In this document: positions 1-12,475 of the stretch, piece after piece
Position numbering within the stretch: the stretch's first letter is position 1
Layout: each line of letters starts with the position of its first letter
DNA from: Nitrosopumilus sp.
GTDB lineage: Archaea; Thermoproteota; Nitrososphaeria; Nitrososphaerales; Nitrosopumilaceae
Direction of reading: 5' to 3'
NCBI GenBank assembly: GCA_965238275.1
Contig: OZ250186.1
Coordinates: forward strand, 1,824,001 to 1,888,000
Length of the DNA stretch: 64,000 bases
Made by a program: the position numbers and the translations under genes
The notes under the pieces: model-generated
The model's database searches: none
Seen by the model: the letters and a program-made list of their open reading frames with translations, nothing else
What the model was told of the DNA's origin: nothing

Positions 1-1
1 C

Positions 2-373
2 ATGGCATCGGACGTGAATATACGGCACAGCATCATTACAGACATCGAGGGAGCCATAAAGGCCACCGGACACCGGGAGGGGATTCGAAACTATCTTTCC
101 CAGGAGGAGACAGAGGCATCATTGAAGAGGGCCGCATATGCATGGAAACAGAGAAAGCAGCTGTATCCAAAGATTGGAAAGGGGGTATACGCAGTGGCAG
201 TCTTTGAGAAGATAACAAGGATTACATTTCCTGTGGACGAGGATCATCTGATATTTGTCAGCATGGGGTTTGAGCAGACACGAACGAATCTAGACGCAGG
301 TGGCCAAAAGCACATCATTGACAACGTGCTGAACATATTGAGCCGTGATCCCACAAGGGGAGTAAGAGTCTAG
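2..373 (+). CDS. Conserved thaumarchaeal protein (DUF6659/roadblock-like), possibly 5'-partial
   Basis: ORF resembles the thaumarchaeal family with 'IGKGxYAxAxFEKITRITFP'; begins at the window edge. Confidence 0.55.
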   Translation: MASDVNIRHSIITDIEGAIKATGHREGIRNYLSQEETEASLKRAAYAWKQRKQLYPKIGKGVYAVAVFEKITRITFPVDEDHLIFVSMGFEQTRTNLDAGGQKHIIDNVLNILSRDPTRGVRV

Positions 374-522
374 GGTCTTTGCGCCCGGAGGCACCACGGT
401 ATTTTTAATTTTAAAAGGGATGGCTGTTGTTGCCGCATGCGGGTTCGGGACGCCTGCCCGCAACTGGCACCGGCGGCAACCGGTTCACAATATTCATTAA
501 ACTCTTCAACTGACAACAAAAC

Positions 523-873
523 GTGACAGAGTTTGTCTACAGGCCGTACAAGCGGGTTTACGTAAGGGATGTGATCAGGCTGAACCTTGATGACTTTATC
601 GGGATGATGACCTCGATGGAATCCATAAGCGCATACTGGGCAGACGGGGTCATGTTTGCAAGTTTTGCCATGACAGAGTCCGAGGAGCTGGCCAAAAAGG
701 AGATGCAGGACGAGATGTACCTTGACAGGATAGTGTTTACAAAGTACGATAACTATTCCAAGACGGCCAGGTCTGCAAACAACCTAGAGATAGGCATACT
801 GAACGTGCAGAACGGCCCTGTATACAGGAAGTTGGTTGCGTGGCTCAAGACCCAGACGGCATGGAACGAATAA
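523..873 (+). CDS. Conserved archaeal hypothetical protein
   Basis: 116-aa ORF with normal composition; AT-rich promoter-like stretch just upstream (~490-501). Confidence 0.65.
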   Translation: MTEFVYRPYKRVYVRDVIRLNLDDFIGMMTSMESISAYWADGVMFASFAMTESEELAKKEMQDEMYLDRIVFTKYDNYSKTARSANNLEIGILNVQNGPVYRKLVAWLKTQTAWNE

Positions 874-945
874 CGCCGGCGTAAAAAACCGGCCTGCGCA
901 GAATCTAGGCTTTGTGCAGCAGGGTAATAAAAAACCAGGTGTTTA

Positions 946-1104
946 CTACTGCGGCGTGTAGTGCAGATCACAGAACAGCGCGTTTCCGTTTGGTAGCGTC
1001 CTGGCAGTTATGCTAAAACCGGAATCAAGTCCCCTTCCACAGACATAACATTCCACGCTCTTGGCCGAACTCCAAACATGTTCTGGTTTCTTGAGAATCT
1101 GCAT
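946..1104 (-). CDS. Small zinc-finger-like protein
   Basis: CYVC...FCDLH motif; likely start MQILKKP at 1104 (ORF extends to 1131). Confidence 0.55.
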   Translation of the reverse strand: MQILKKPEHVWSSAKSVECYVCGRGLDSGFSITARTLPNGNALFCDLHYTPQ

Positions 1105-1418
1105 GTCCTGTATGATCGTCTGGTTTGTCACCCGGGCCGTGGTGGATTTTTGACATGCAGTAGTATAGAACAGGTTGGTATTTAAAAGTACCGTACCATA
1201 ACCGTACTATTAGGTACACAGCCGTTTGGCGGCAGCAGAACAACTCATTCCCAGACGGCTCATTTTGTAGCAGACAGGGTTGCCGGCAGGTATGGACAAC
1301 GGTTGTGCGGCTTGCCTGCAGTCAGAATCCCGTCATGCTGCTGCACGGTGACTGCAGCCGGCACGCCATCCGTGTTCTGCCGGATTTTATCCGGTAGCAT
1401 GAGCGGCATTCTCATCAA

Positions 1419-1426
1419 TTTAAATA
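1419..1426 (+). promoter_or_regulatory. Archaeal TATA box of trp operon
   Basis: TTTAAATA ~27 nt upstream of the trpE GTG start. Confidence 0.5.
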
Positions 1427-1452
1427 ATAAGGCATGATGATTTACCGTATGG

Positions 1453-2802
1453 GTGGACATCTTTGGAAATGCTCAGGCAAGACTGATACCGCTGGATCTG
1501 TCTGAGAACCAGTTTCAGATTTACAACAGAATCTCACGAAACTATTCGCACTCATTCCTCTTCGAATCGCTTACAGGGCCAGGCAAACTCTCTGAGACAT
1601 CAGTAATGGGCTTTGATCCGGCCGTGATCCTCAGGGGATACTCTGACAGGGTGGAGATAGTCGCAAAAGGACAGACCAGAGTCATCCGGGATGCGAATCC
1701 GTTTGAGGAGATAAGACGTCTCCTTGGGGGGACGGCAGACCAGAGATACAGGTATCTTGGAGGGGCAGTCGGAATTGTAAACTATGACACAGTCAGGACA
1801 ATAGAGGACATTCCGGATTCGCACGGTGCGCCTGCTCCGCTAATGGAGTTTGGGGTGTACGACGATGGAATACTCTACGACAACCTGCACAAGAAGCTGT
1901 TCTACTTTTACCACGACCGGGACAGGTTTGAGGAACTTCAAATCGGCGACGGGGAGTTTGGCAGATTCCATGCCGGTCATGTCAGGTCAAACATGAGCGA
2001 GTCAGGGTTCTCAGAGATTGTGGAGAGGGCAAAAAGATACATCTACGACGGGGATATCTTTCAGGCGGTTCTCTCGCGCAAGTTTACATTTGATGTCAGC
2101 GGGGACAATCTGGCATTGTACAGTGCACTTCGCAGGCTGAATCCGTCGCCATACATGTACCACCTGAAACAGGGCAGCAGCACAGTCATTGGCGCGTCCC
2201 CGGAGATGCTGGTCCGCGTCACAGGAGACACGGTAGAGACGTTTCCGATTGCAGGAACAAGAAAGATCACAAAGGATGAAAGGCAGAACCAGGCACTCGC
2301 AGACGAGCTGCTCTGCGACGAGAAGGAGCTGGCAGAACACACAATGCTGGTGGACCTTGGCAGGAACGACATAGGGAGGGTCTGCAGGTACGGAACCGTC
2401 CATCCCGAATCCCTGATGAAGGTGAGGAGGTTCAGCCATGTGCAGCACATAGTCACACACCTGGCAGGCAGGCTGGCTCCCGAAAGGGACATGTTTGATG
2501 CGTTCCAGTCCGTGTTTCCCGCAGGGACAGTCTCAGGGGCGCCAAAGGTTCGGGCCATGGAGATCATCGACGAGCTGGAGACGGATGCGAGGGGGCCGTA
2601 TGCGGGGGCAGTCGGATACTTTTCACACAACGGATGCTGCGACTTTGCAATCGGAATCAGGAGCATATTCATTAAAGGGAACAAGGGATTTGTGCAGTCC
2701 GGCGCGGGAATCGTCTCGGACTCGGTTCCCAGAAACGAGTTTATGGAGACAGAGTACAAGGCAGACGCGATGCTTCAGGCGCTAAGGGAGGCATCGGATT
2801 GA
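1453..2802 (+). CDS. trpE: Anthranilate synthase component I
   Basis: GDIFQAVLS, NPSPYMY, KELAEHTMLVDLGRND, PAGTVSGAPK motifs. Confidence 0.96.
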   Translation: MDIFGNAQARLIPLDLSENQFQIYNRISRNYSHSFLFESLTGPGKLSETSVMGFDPAVILRGYSDRVEIVAKGQTRVIRDANPFEEIRRLLGGTADQRYRYLGGAVGIVNYDTVRTIEDIPDSHGAPAPLMEFGVYDDGILYDNLHKKLFYFYHDRDRFEELQIGDGEFGRFHAGHVRSNMSESGFSEIVERAKRYIYDGDIFQAVLSRKFTFDVSGDNLALYSALRRLNPSPYMYHLKQGSSTVIGASPEMLVRVTGDTVETFPIAGTRKITKDERQNQALADELLCDEKELAEHTMLVDLGRNDIGRVCRYGTVHPESLMKVRRFSHVQHIVTHLAGRLAPERDMFDAFQSVFPAGTVSGAPKVRAMEIIDELETDARGPYAGAVGYFSHNGCCDFAIGIRSIFIKGNKGFVQSGAGIVSDSVPRNEFMETEYKADAMLQALREASD

Positions 2803-3395
2803 AGGTACTGATAATAGACAACTATGACTCGTTTGTGTACAATATTGCGCAGTATGCAGGGGAGCTTGGTGCCGAGTGCGATGTCATCAGGAATGACAGG
2901 ATCACTCCAGAGCAGATAAGACAGAAGGGGTACGATGCAATAATAATCTCGCCTGGTCCCGGAACCCCGGAGGAGAGAAGGTACTTTGGCATATGCTCTG
3001 ATGTCATATCCGACATTGGGCCGACTGTCCCAATACTGGGCATCTGTCTTGGGCACCAGGGAATCATTCATGCCTTTGGCGGCAGGGTCACCAATGCAGG
3101 ATGCGTAAGACACGGAAAGACAAGCCCCGTAATCCATACGGGCTCGGATCTGTTCCGGGATGTAAGGTCCCCGTTTCAGGCAACCAGGTATCACAGCCTG
3201 GTGGGCGACAAGACGATAATTCCAGACGACTTGGAGGTTACTGCCACGGCAGCCGACGACGGGGAGATCATGGCAGTAAGGCACAAGACGTATCCCGTCC
3301 AGGGGGTGCAGTTTCATCCCGAGTCGATAATGACCCAGGACGGAAAGAAGATTATTGGGAATTTTATGAGGCAGGCAGGAGAGGCGGCACGATGA
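2799..3395 (+). CDS. trpG: Anthranilate synthase component II (glutamine amidotransferase)
   Basis: IDNYDSF, SPGPG, GICLGHQ, QFHPES. Confidence 0.96.
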   Translation: MKVLIIDNYDSFVYNIAQYAGELGAECDVIRNDRITPEQIRQKGYDAIIISPGPGTPEERRYFGICSDVISDIGPTVPILGICLGHQGIIHAFGGRVTNAGCVRHGKTSPVIHTGSDLFRDVRSPFQATRYHSLVGDKTIIPDDLEVTATAADDGEIMAVRHKTYPVQGVQFHPESIMTQDGKKIIGNFMRQAGEAAR

Positions 3396-4443
3396 TTCCA
3401 CACATCATCTCCAGGCTGCAACAGGGACTGGACATCACATATGAGGAGGCCGGGGCCGCCATGACAGAGATGCTCTCGGGACGGACAGACGGCAGGCAGA
3501 ATGCAGAACTCATATCCGGCCTTGCCGACAAGGGGGAGACAGACGAGGAGCTGCTGGGAATGCTTGATGCGATGCAGAGGTTTGTCCTTGTGATGAGGCC
3601 CGGGGATGATGATGATGATGCCAAAACCACAATAGACATGTGCGGGACCGGGGGAGACGGGCTTGGAACATTCAACATATCCACTGCAGCCTCGTTTGTG
3701 GTGGCAGCGGCAGGAGGGGTAGTGGCAAAGCACGGGAACCGCTCAAATTCCGGAGCCACGGGCAGCGCCGACGTGTTTGAGTACTTTGGGTATGATCTTG
3801 GCATGGAGCCTGCAGAGGTCTCAGGGATCCTGCACAGGCACGGCATATGCTTCATGTTTGCGCAAAAGTTTCACCCGGCAATGAGGCATGTGGCAGCTGC
3901 CCGCAAAGCCCTTGGGAGAAGGACCGCATTCAACCTGCTGGGGCCGCTTGCAAACCCTGCAGGCACAAAGAACCAGCTCGTCGGGGTGTCCTCAGAGGAC
4001 ATGCTTGAGAGAATCCCGCTCATCCTCAAAAGGAACGGGGCAGAATGCATCATGACTGTGCGGGCTGCAAACGGGTTGGACGAGTTTTCCACCAGCTCCC
4101 CCAACTCGGTGTGCATGCTCAAGGAAGGCAGCATAACCAGGAGCGTGGTAAAGCCCGAGGATGTCGGACTTTGCAGGTCGAGCCTGCGCGACATACAGGT
4201 GAGCACGGGCGACGAGGCGATGAGGGCCTTTGTGGGTGTGCTTGACGGAACGGCAAACAGGGCGATGATTGAGACGGTGGCCCTCAATGCCGCAGGCGGG
4301 CTTGTCGTGGCGGGCATCTCAGAGAGCATCGGAGAGGCAGTGGAGACTGCGCTGGGCGTCATGGACGGGGGCGGCGCCTTTTCACTCTTGGAGAGGTTTG
4401 TCGCAGATACTGGCACCGTATCACTGATAAGGGGGCTGCTGCA

Positions 4444-4447
<4 letters not shown>
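3392..4447 (+). CDS. trpD: Anthranilate phosphoribosyltransferase
   Basis: DMCGTGGDG, NISTAA, AKHGNRS motifs; ATG at 3392 overlaps the trpG stop (ATGA). Confidence 0.95.
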
Positions 4448-5249
<802 letters not shown>

Positions 5250-5253
<4 letters not shown>

Positions 5254-6437
5254 GGTATCCCAAAGACGGCAGGTTTGGGGAGTTTGGCGGGAGATACATA
5301 CCGGAGACTCTCGTGCCTGCAATCGAGGAGCTGGAGAAGAGCTACCTGAGGTTCAGAGGCGATCCCGACTTTAAGAGCGAGCTGAGGTACTATCTGAAGT
5401 CATACGCGGGACGCCCCACGCCGCTGTACTATGCAGAGAACCTCTCAAAGAGGCTGGGGGGCGCAAGGATATACCTCAAGAGGGAGGATCTGCTGCACGG
5501 CGGGGCCCACAAGATCAACAACACGCTGGGCCAGGCACTGCTTGCCAAGAGGATGAGAAAAAAGAGGATAATAGCAGAGACCGGGGCCGGCCAGCACGGG
5601 GTTGCCACTGCCATGGCATGCGCGGTGCTGGGGATGAAGGCCGAGGTATACATGGGATACAAGGATACCATAAGGCAAAAGCTCAACGTGTTCAGGATGA
5701 ACATGCTTGGATCCAGGGTCCGTCCCGTGGAGTCAGGCTCCAAGACGCTCAAGGATGCCATCAACGAGGCGATTCGGGACTGGATTACAAACGTCAACAC
5801 CACGTACTACCTGCTGGGCTCGGCAGTGGGCCCGCACCCGTATCCGGTGATGGTAAGGGACTTTCAAAGCGTGATAGGAAAAGAGATAGCCTCCCAGATG
5901 AGGGGGATTGGCAGGAGACCGGATACCGTTATTGCCTGCGTCGGCGGAGGATCCAACGCGATAGGCACGTTTTATCCCCTGGCCTCGACTGACGCGGAGA
6001 TGATCGGCGTGGAGGCTGCGGGGCTGGGACTCAGGTCGGGCAAGCATTCGGCATCCATTTCTGCGGGAAGCAAGGGCGTGCTTCACGGCATGATGACGTA
6101 CCTGCTCCAGAACAGGGAGGGGCAGATAATGGAGACGCACAGCATCTCAGCAGGGCTTGACTATCCGGGCGTGGGGCCGGAGCATGCATACTACAAGGAC
6201 TCAGGAAGGGTCAGGTACAGGGCGGCAAGGGACGCCGAGGTGATTGACGCGTTTCTGATGCTGACCAGGACGGAGGGGATAATTCCGGCGCTTGAATCGG
6301 CCCACGCGGTGGCCGAGGCCGTCAAGGTTGCAAAAAAGGGCAAGAAGACAGAGTCGGTCGTGGTGACGCTGTCTGGACGCGGGGACAAGGACGTGGAGGA
6401 AGTGCAGAGGTACTTGAATGAAAATGTCAAGAATTAG
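5250..6437 (+). CDS. trpB: Tryptophan synthase beta chain
   Basis: [35 protein letters not shown]; TTG start at 5250 overlaps the trpC stop. Confidence 0.97.
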
Positions 6438-7227
6438 GGACAGGCTTGCCAGGCTGCAGGCAGACAACACCAGGGCGCTGATACCGTACGTGATGGCAGG
6501 ATTTCCAGACGAGGACGCCACGGTCTCTGCGGTAAGGGGGCTGGTAAAAGGAGGGGCAGACATAATTGAGTTGGGATTTCCGTTTTCCGACCCGCTTGCA
6601 GACGGGCCGGTGATTCAAAACGCAGGGACCGTATCGCTGGAGAACGGCACGAGCATCGCGGGATTCTTCAGGATGGTCAGGAGGATCAGAAAGGAGACTG
6701 ACATCCCGCTGGTGCTGATGACATACGCCAACATCCTGTACCACCGGGGGTATGCAAGGTTCGTATCAGAGGCGGCAGGGGCTGGGATAGACGGGCTCAT
6801 CATACCGGACATGTCAGTGGAGGAATCAGAAGAGTATCTTGACGCTGCAAGGGGCAGGGTGGACACCATATTTCTGATATCACCCAACACTGCCAAGGCA
6901 AGGGTGCAGAGGATTGCAAGGGAGTCGTCGGGATTCCTGTATCTCGTGGCCGTGTACGGCACGACCGGCGTGGGCAGGGGCATCAAGGAGTACACGCTCA
7001 GGGCAATCAAAAACGCCAAGGAGTATACGGGGGGAGGGATTCCCGTCGGGGTGGGTTTTGGCGTGTCGAGTCCGCAGGATGTCAGGGCGTATGTCGCGGC
7101 AGGCGCAGACGCGGTGATTGTGGGCAGCGCGTACCTGAAGCTTATCCAAAAAACGCCAAAAGACGAGATCGAGTCTGCCGTGGCGTCGTTTACGAGGGAA
7201 CTCAAGGAGCAGACAAGGCCGGGCTGA
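6418..7227 (+). CDS. trpA: Tryptophan synthase alpha chain
   Basis: [27 protein letters not shown]. Confidence 0.97.
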   Translation: MKMSRIRDRLARLQADNTRALIPYVMAGFPDEDATVSAVRGLVKGGADIIELGFPFSDPLADGPVIQNAGTVSLENGTSIAGFFRMVRRIRKETDIPLVLMTYANILYHRGYARFVSEAAGAGIDGLIIPDMSVEESEEYLDAARGRVDTIFLISPNTAKARVQRIARESSGFLYLVAVYGTTGVGRGIKEYTLRAIKNAKEYTGGGIPVGVGFGVSSPQDVRAYVAAGADAVIVGSAYLKLIQKTPKDEIESAVASFTRELKEQTRPG

Positions 7228-7514
7228 TTCGGTGCACACATCTGGAGGCGGTTAGGCAAGTCAGCTGCAATGAGAAGAGGATAACATGACATCTCGTCAG
7301 TCGACTACATGGAGGGAATACTCTAGCGCACTTTGACATCAGAATGCGTACATGCCTGCAGGAATCATCCCCACCCCAGCATCAGTCAATACGTTGTCAG
7401 CCAGTTCCATGTCATCTGCAAGACTTTGGAAACAGGAATATGTCTTGGGAACCGGATGTGATTTGAAGGGTGACAGATATCCACAAATATAAGTAGGCAG
7501 GTTGAATCAACGAT

Positions 7515-7799
7515 ATGCCACTAAAACGCGCCAGCAGGGGCCGCACCAAGGGCGGAAAGGGATCCTCTGGAGTCATCCAGTGTACAAACTGCGGACAGAC
7601 TGTTCCAAAGGACAAGGCAAAAAAGGTCACATCAAGGCTGAATCTGGTTGAGCACACGCTGGCAAAGGAGCTGCGTGCCCAGGGCGCATACATTGCATCG
7701 CCGACGGTCCTCAAATGGTACTGCATCTCCTGTGCAATCCACTTTAAGATTCTAAAGATAAGATCCGCTGACAACAGGCGAAAGCGCGGCAGGCTCTAG
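7515..7799 (+). CDS. rps26e: 30S ribosomal protein S26e
   Basis: MPLKRASRGR...CTNCG..VPKDKA...YCISCAIH. Confidence 0.95.
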   Translation: MPLKRASRGRTKGGKGSSGVIQCTNCGQTVPKDKAKKVTSRLNLVEHTLAKELRAQGAYIASPTVLKWYCISCAIHFKILKIRSADNRRKRGRL

Positions 7800-8368
7800 T
7801 CACGAATCTGTCTTGCAGTGACGATCATCCTCTGAACCAGCGTGATTCCTGCAATTATGATTACGATTATCACGGCGTACTCCATGAATCCTATCATCCC
7901 TATTATGGCAACCACCAGTAATCGTTCGGCCCTCTCGCCGATCCCAACCCCCTGAAGCCTTATGCCAAGCTGATCCGACTTTGCCCTGGCATAGCTGACC
8001 AGCAGGGACAGCGTCACTGCAAGCAGCACGAGTATCGGATCTGCGTACCCTCCCACAAGGATTCCCAGAAATATTGCAACCTCGGCAATCTTGTCAAACA
8101 TCGCATCAAGGTAGGAGCCCTTGTTGGAGGTCTTGCCGATGACCCTGGCCACCTGGCCGTCCACCATGTCAAAGAATCCGGATACAAGCAGCAGTACGCC
8201 CCCGATTATCAGCCCGTACTGGATTCCCAGGCCGTACGATACGGCAGAGGCCAGCGCAAATCCAAGCCCGACGGCAGTCCAAAAGTTTGGAGACAGTCCG
8301 GTGGATGCAAACCCGCGTCCAACCTTCTCAAGTGCAGGCCTCAGGGTATCCCTCAGGTTGTTGAGCAT
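7796..8368 (-). CDS. CDP-alcohol phosphatidyltransferase (archaetidylinositol phosphate synthase-like)
   Basis: DMVDGQVAR...GSYLDAMFD signature; likely start MLNNLRD. Confidence 0.9.
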   Translation of the reverse strand: MLNNLRDTLRPALEKVGRGFASTGLSPNFWTAVGLGFALASAVSYGLGIQYGLIIGGVLLLVSGFFDMVDGQVARVIGKTSNKGSYLDAMFDKIAEVAIFLGILVGGYADPILVLLAVTLSLLVSYARAKSDQLGIRLQGVGIGERAERLLVVAIIGMIGFMEYAVIIVIIIAGITLVQRMIVTARQIRD

Positions 8369-8475
8369 ATGATGGACTCGTGTATATGGTATAATAACAT
8401 GAATAGTGTCAGGCCGGAGATGCATGCCAGGTGATCCTGCCGGTACCCCCAATATGCCAAGATTCTGCGTGTCTG

Positions 8476-9351
8476 CTACCGGTCCCGGGCAACGCCCTGC
8501 GCAACCAGCACGGAGATTATCTTTGCGGCAAGCGATGCGGTGGCGCCGTTGTCATGGTATGGGTTCAGTTCCACAATGTCGGCACCGGACACCTGCACGT
8601 CGCGCAGGGAATGAATCATGTCAAAGAGCTCCCGCGATGTGATGCCTACCGCCTCGGGGCTGCCCACTCCGGGGGCAAACGCGGGATCCAGCACGTCCAG
8701 GTCAAAGCTGGAGTACACTGCACCAAAGGAGGAGGCATAGTCTCGGAGCAGCTGCGGTCCCTGGCCTGCCCGTATCTGGCCGTCTGAGATGGTGCGGATG
8801 CGGTTCTCATTCAGAAACTCTAGCTCCTCGCCTACAAACGCCCTGGCCCCGACATGCAGGATGCCGTCAGCGCCCCTCTCCTCTGCTATCCGCCGGAGAT
8901 AGGATGCGTGGCTCAGCCGCGTCCCGTCAAACTCGTCGCGCAGGTCGTAGTGGGCATCAAACACCACGTATCCCGTGTCCTTGGGAAAGCTCATGTATGC
9001 GCCATACGTGATGGAGTGCTCCCCCCCAAGCATTATCACCGGACGGCCCCTGCCGACCAGTTCGGCAGTAACCCTCCCCACCATCTTGATCATCTCAGAG
9101 GAGACTGCAGTGTGGCGGATGTTTCCCACGTCATCAATGTGTGCAGATTCCAGGTCCACGCCAAGCTCGGGGTGGAATATCTCGATGTTGTCAAACGAGT
9201 TGCGTATTGCATCCGGTCCGAACCGGCACCCGGGCTTGTAGGATTGGGTCGCGTCAAACGGAACGCCAAACAGGGTTGCAACAGGCATTGAGGCATCACC
9301 AGACGATGTGATTGACGAGTTTGCATTGAGGTACAGATCAGCGTAGCTCAT
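8476..9351 (-). CDS. speB: Agmatinase
   Basis: GGEHS, DAHYD, FDLDVLDP ureohydrolase motifs. Confidence 0.92.
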   Translation of the reverse strand: MSYADLYLNANSSITSSGDASMPVATLFGVPFDATQSYKPGCRFGPDAIRNSFDNIEIFHPELGVDLESAHIDDVGNIRHTAVSSEMIKMVGRVTAELVGRGRPVIMLGGEHSITYGAYMSFPKDTGYVVFDAHYDLRDEFDGTRLSHASYLRRIAEERGADGILHVGARAFVGEELEFLNENRIRTISDGQIRAGQGPQLLRDYASSFGAVYSSFDLDVLDPAFAPGVGSPEAVGITSRELFDMIHSLRDVQVSGADIVELNPYHDNGATASLAAKIISVLVAQGVARDR

Positions 9352-9353
9352 GC

Positions 9354-11216
9354 CTACACCATCAGCTGCGGGCGTCGGGACATGTGCCGCGGCATGTTCA
9401 GTCCTGCAAACGGCATGTCGCGTGTCTGCATGCCGGTCTCCTCTATAAACTCCTCAAACGTCAGATCCCTTACGCCTCCTGTCACCCTGTCACGCACGCT
9501 GAGGGTCTCGGAGCCTGACTCCTTTGGGCCCACCACCATGATGTACCGTATCCACTCCTTTTCGGCATCGCGTATCCTCTTTCGGATGCTCTCGTTTCGG
9601 TCGTCAATGTCCACCCTGAGACGGCAGGCAGTCAGCCTGTCTGTCAGGGATTCGCAAAAGTCGTTGAACTCGGCCTGTATCGGGATGATTCTCACCTGTG
9701 TTGGCGAGAGCCAGAACGGAAGGTGCGGCTTGATTCCCTTTTTGGAGTCGGCATCGGCCTTTTCCAGCAGCGCATAGATTATCCTCTCGATTGCCCCGCT
9801 CGGGGAGTTGTGAAGGATTATCGGGGGTATTGCCTTGTTGTTCTCGTCGATGAACTCTATGCCGTACCTGCTCCCGTTTTCGATGTCTATCTGGTCAGTC
9901 GAGAGGGCAGATGCCTTGCCCATGCCGTCTACAAAGTTAAACTCCCACTTCATGACAAAATAAAAGAACCTCTTCTTCCACATCTCCACGAGCACCGGCT
10001 TGCCGTGCCTTGCCACCATCTCCTGGACTGCCTGCCTGTTCTCGTCGTAGAATGACTCGGTCAGCCTTACTGCCATCTCATAGTCAGAGTCCTCGATTCC
10101 AAGATTGTTCAGAACCTTCTGCGAGAGATCAAAGCGCACCTTGAGCTCCCCTACTGCCTGATCAATGTCGGTGCAGAATGCATGGCAGTCAGGCATGGTA
10201 AAGGCCCTGAGCCTCCTGAGTCCGACCAGCTCGCCGGACTGCTCCCGCCGAAAGCTGTACCGCGTCATCTCGTACAGCCGGTACGGCAGGTTCTTGTATG
10301 ACATTTGGAACTGGTTTGCCATGAGAAACTGCCCGAAACATGCGGCAAACCTCAAAAAGAGCTTCTTGCCGTCCGAGTCGATGCTGTACTGCCTTGCAGG
10401 AAACCTGTTAAAGTAGCTCACCATGCTCGGGTGATCCGAGTCGTACATGATCGGGGTCTCTACTTCGTATCCGCCGTACTCTTTTACCATCTTGGTGACG
10501 TAGTTTTCTATCAGGGACTTTATCAGGCGGCCGTTGGGAAAGAACCTCATGTTTCCAGAGTCAGATGCGGACTCGTAATCTGCAATGGCCAGCTTTTTCA
10601 TCAGGGATACGTGCGGGGGCGGTGAGTCGACCCGGCGTTCCTTTTTTGACTCGTACTTTGCCAGCGTCTCCAGCTTTTTGTGTCCTGAAAAGTCAAACTT
10701 GCCCACGTCAGTCAGGGTTCCGTCAGGGGACATTATCTTCCAGTACGAGCGCATGCCTGATTCGCCCTTTAGGGCCTCAGAGGTGGCCTCGCCATCATGG
10801 GTGGCAGAATCTGCAGTTATCGTCTTGGAGCTCTCGGCCAGCGGGTGCCCCTTTACCTGGATGTGGTAGGACTTTGTCCAACCAAACGGGGAACGCGATA
10901 CTTCAAGATCAGAGGGAATGCCGTCCATTACGCGGAGTATTGCAAGGGCCTCAGACGGCCTTGCCAGGTCGGAGCTCAGGTGTGCATACGGGTACAGCAG
11001 GAGCCGCTTGCAGCCGATCTTTGCCATGGAGTCCTTAATCTGGGACATGGCGTTTCTGGCAACATCCGGATTGTCGCCGGACTCCACAGCGACAAAGGCC
11101 ACCACCACCTCCTCAATCCTTGTGGTGCCGGCATCGCCGATCTCCTCTGCCGTCTTGATCTCCCTTTTTGTGGGGGTGTACTCTATGCTGTCGCAGTGAA
11201 GCTGCAGTATCCGCAT
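9354..11216 (-). CDS. thrS: Threonyl-tRNA synthetase (archaeal type, N-terminal editing domain)
   Basis: MRILQLHCD, YPYAHLSSDL, GHPLAE, RREQSGEL, RAFTMPDCH. Confidence 0.97.
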   Translation of the reverse strand: MRILQLHCDSIEYTPTKREIKTAEEIGDAGTTRIEEVVVAFVAVESGDNPDVARNAMSQIKDSMAKIGCKRLLLYPYAHLSSDLARPSEALAILRVMDGIPSDLEVSRSPFGWTKSYHIQVKGHPLAESSKTITADSATHDGEATSEALKGESGMRSYWKIMSPDGTLTDVGKFDFSGHKKLETLAKYESKKERRVDSPPPHVSLMKKLAIADYESASDSGNMRFFPNGRLIKSLIENYVTKMVKEYGGYEVETPIMYDSDHPSMVSYFNRFPARQYSIDSDGKKLFLRFAACFGQFLMANQFQMSYKNLPYRLYEMTRYSFRREQSGELVGLRRLRAFTMPDCHAFCTDIDQAVGELKVRFDLSQKVLNNLGIEDSDYEMAVRLTESFYDENRQAVQEMVARHGKPVLVEMWKKRFFYFVMKWEFNFVDGMGKASALSTDQIDIENGSRYGIEFIDENNKAIPPIILHNSPSGAIERIIYALLEKADADSKKGIKPHLPFWLSPTQVRIIPIQAEFNDFCESLTDRLTACRLRVDIDDRNESIRKRIRDAEKEWIRYIMVVGPKESGSETLSVRDRVTGGVRDLTFEEFIEETGMQTRDMPFAGLNMPRHMSRRPQLMV

Positions 11217-11491
11217 AACTTCAAACAGAAGTGCTAATTGAAATAAATCTTTACTTTGGAATTTTCGCCATATTTTTTAACCTTTGTATCTTTTGGGAGG
11301 CAATGCGGACGTACGAGATCTGCAAAAAGGCGACACAGGAGGATTTGGAAGCGGTGCAGCCAAGGTTCGCCGACATCGTCGAAGATCTGGGTGAAGTCGG
11401 GGACACGTTCAGTCGTGCCGGGATCATCAAGATGCCAGAAAGCATGTGCCAATGAGCACGAATATGTCCTGAATTCAGGCACCCGTTAGAT

Positions 11492-12256
11492 TTGTCAGTC
11501 GAGCCTAACAAAAAACCGTTTAACAAAGTTTTGATAATTCCCGCCGCAATAGCGGCAATCGTCGTGCTGGTCGCCGCATTCGCAATCAACGCAGACATTG
11601 AAGAACGCAGAGCATTTGAACAAGTCAAGACCGACTTATGCGACGTGTACCTGGACGGGTTTGACGTAAAGCTAGAATTATGCATGCCCAACCCGTCCTC
11701 GACAGATGCCAAGGTGGACAGGATCGACGTCCGTGTCTTTGCAGGTGACAACAACATAGCAGGGGTCACCATCCCCAAACACATCACAATACCTGAGAGT
11801 GAAGTGGTTGTTGTCGATGCAGACATTACCATTAAAAAAACGGGTTTGTTGGCTGCTGGCTTGGATTACCCTTTCGACAAGGATGTCAGCCTGGTGGTCG
11901 AGGGCACCGTGTACTATGATTCATCGTTTGGAACTTACGAATACCACTTCTCAGAACAACCCAATTCGTCCCAACGTCCCAACGAAGCATCAATCCGACA
12001 ACAATGTAGTGGCGCCATTAATGATCTTTTGGATTATTGGGGATATGCCCTCCAGGACAGCTCGTCCAAAGCAGAATTTGAACAGATGGTGCTGGGCAAT
12101 GGCTACGACTTTGAATCTAGGACACTGAAAATTCATGAAATATGTGATGTTAGATCGTGGCAAGGACTGACGAGCGCCAGCCCGCATTTGGACGCGCAGA
12201 CAAAACAAAGATTTGTCGATTTTTTTTCTGAACTAAATACGATGACCGGTTCTTGA
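11492..12256 (+). CDS. Membrane-anchored LEA-2/WHy-like domain protein with C-terminal helical extension
   Basis: N-terminal TM; 'PNPSSTDAKVDRIDVRVF..DNNIAGV....ITIP' resembles LEA_2. Confidence 0.55.
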   Translation: MSVEPNKKPFNKVLIIPAAIAAIVVLVAAFAINADIEERRAFEQVKTDLCDVYLDGFDVKLELCMPNPSSTDAKVDRIDVRVFAGDNNIAGVTIPKHITIPESEVVVVDADITIKKTGLLAAGLDYPFDKDVSLVVEGTVYYDSSFGTYEYHFSEQPNSSQRPNEASIRQQCSGAINDLLDYWGYALQDSSSKAEFEQMVLGNGYDFESRTLKIHEICDVRSWQGLTSASPHLDAQTKQRFVDFFSELNTMTGS

Positions 12257-12475
12257 TCCAAGGCGTCTTTTGGCGACAGCGTGTTGTAATTCTACAAGTC
12301 AGGCAATCCGGCCTTCTCCTTATACGCTGCCGAACGCGGGGTGCATGACATGCAGGCATTGCGGCAGACCGGTCGAACGTAGCGGTAACATGATGTGCAG
12401 AAGATGCAGCGGCAAAAAATATACTTGTGTGCGTTGCGGGAACGGACTGCGCCACAATGACCCCGCCCACGCGGA

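Noticed and set aside
428-481. GC-rich stem-loop (GTTGCCGC...GCGGCAAC) as ncRNA or tRNA
   Set aside because: No cloverleaf or recognisable family; may be a chance or terminator-like hairpin
3101-3391. Long N-terminal extension of TrpD (similarly TrpB from 5163 and TatC from 34931)
   Set aside because: Overlaps the upstream gene; coupled starts at 3392, 5250 and 35006 fit better
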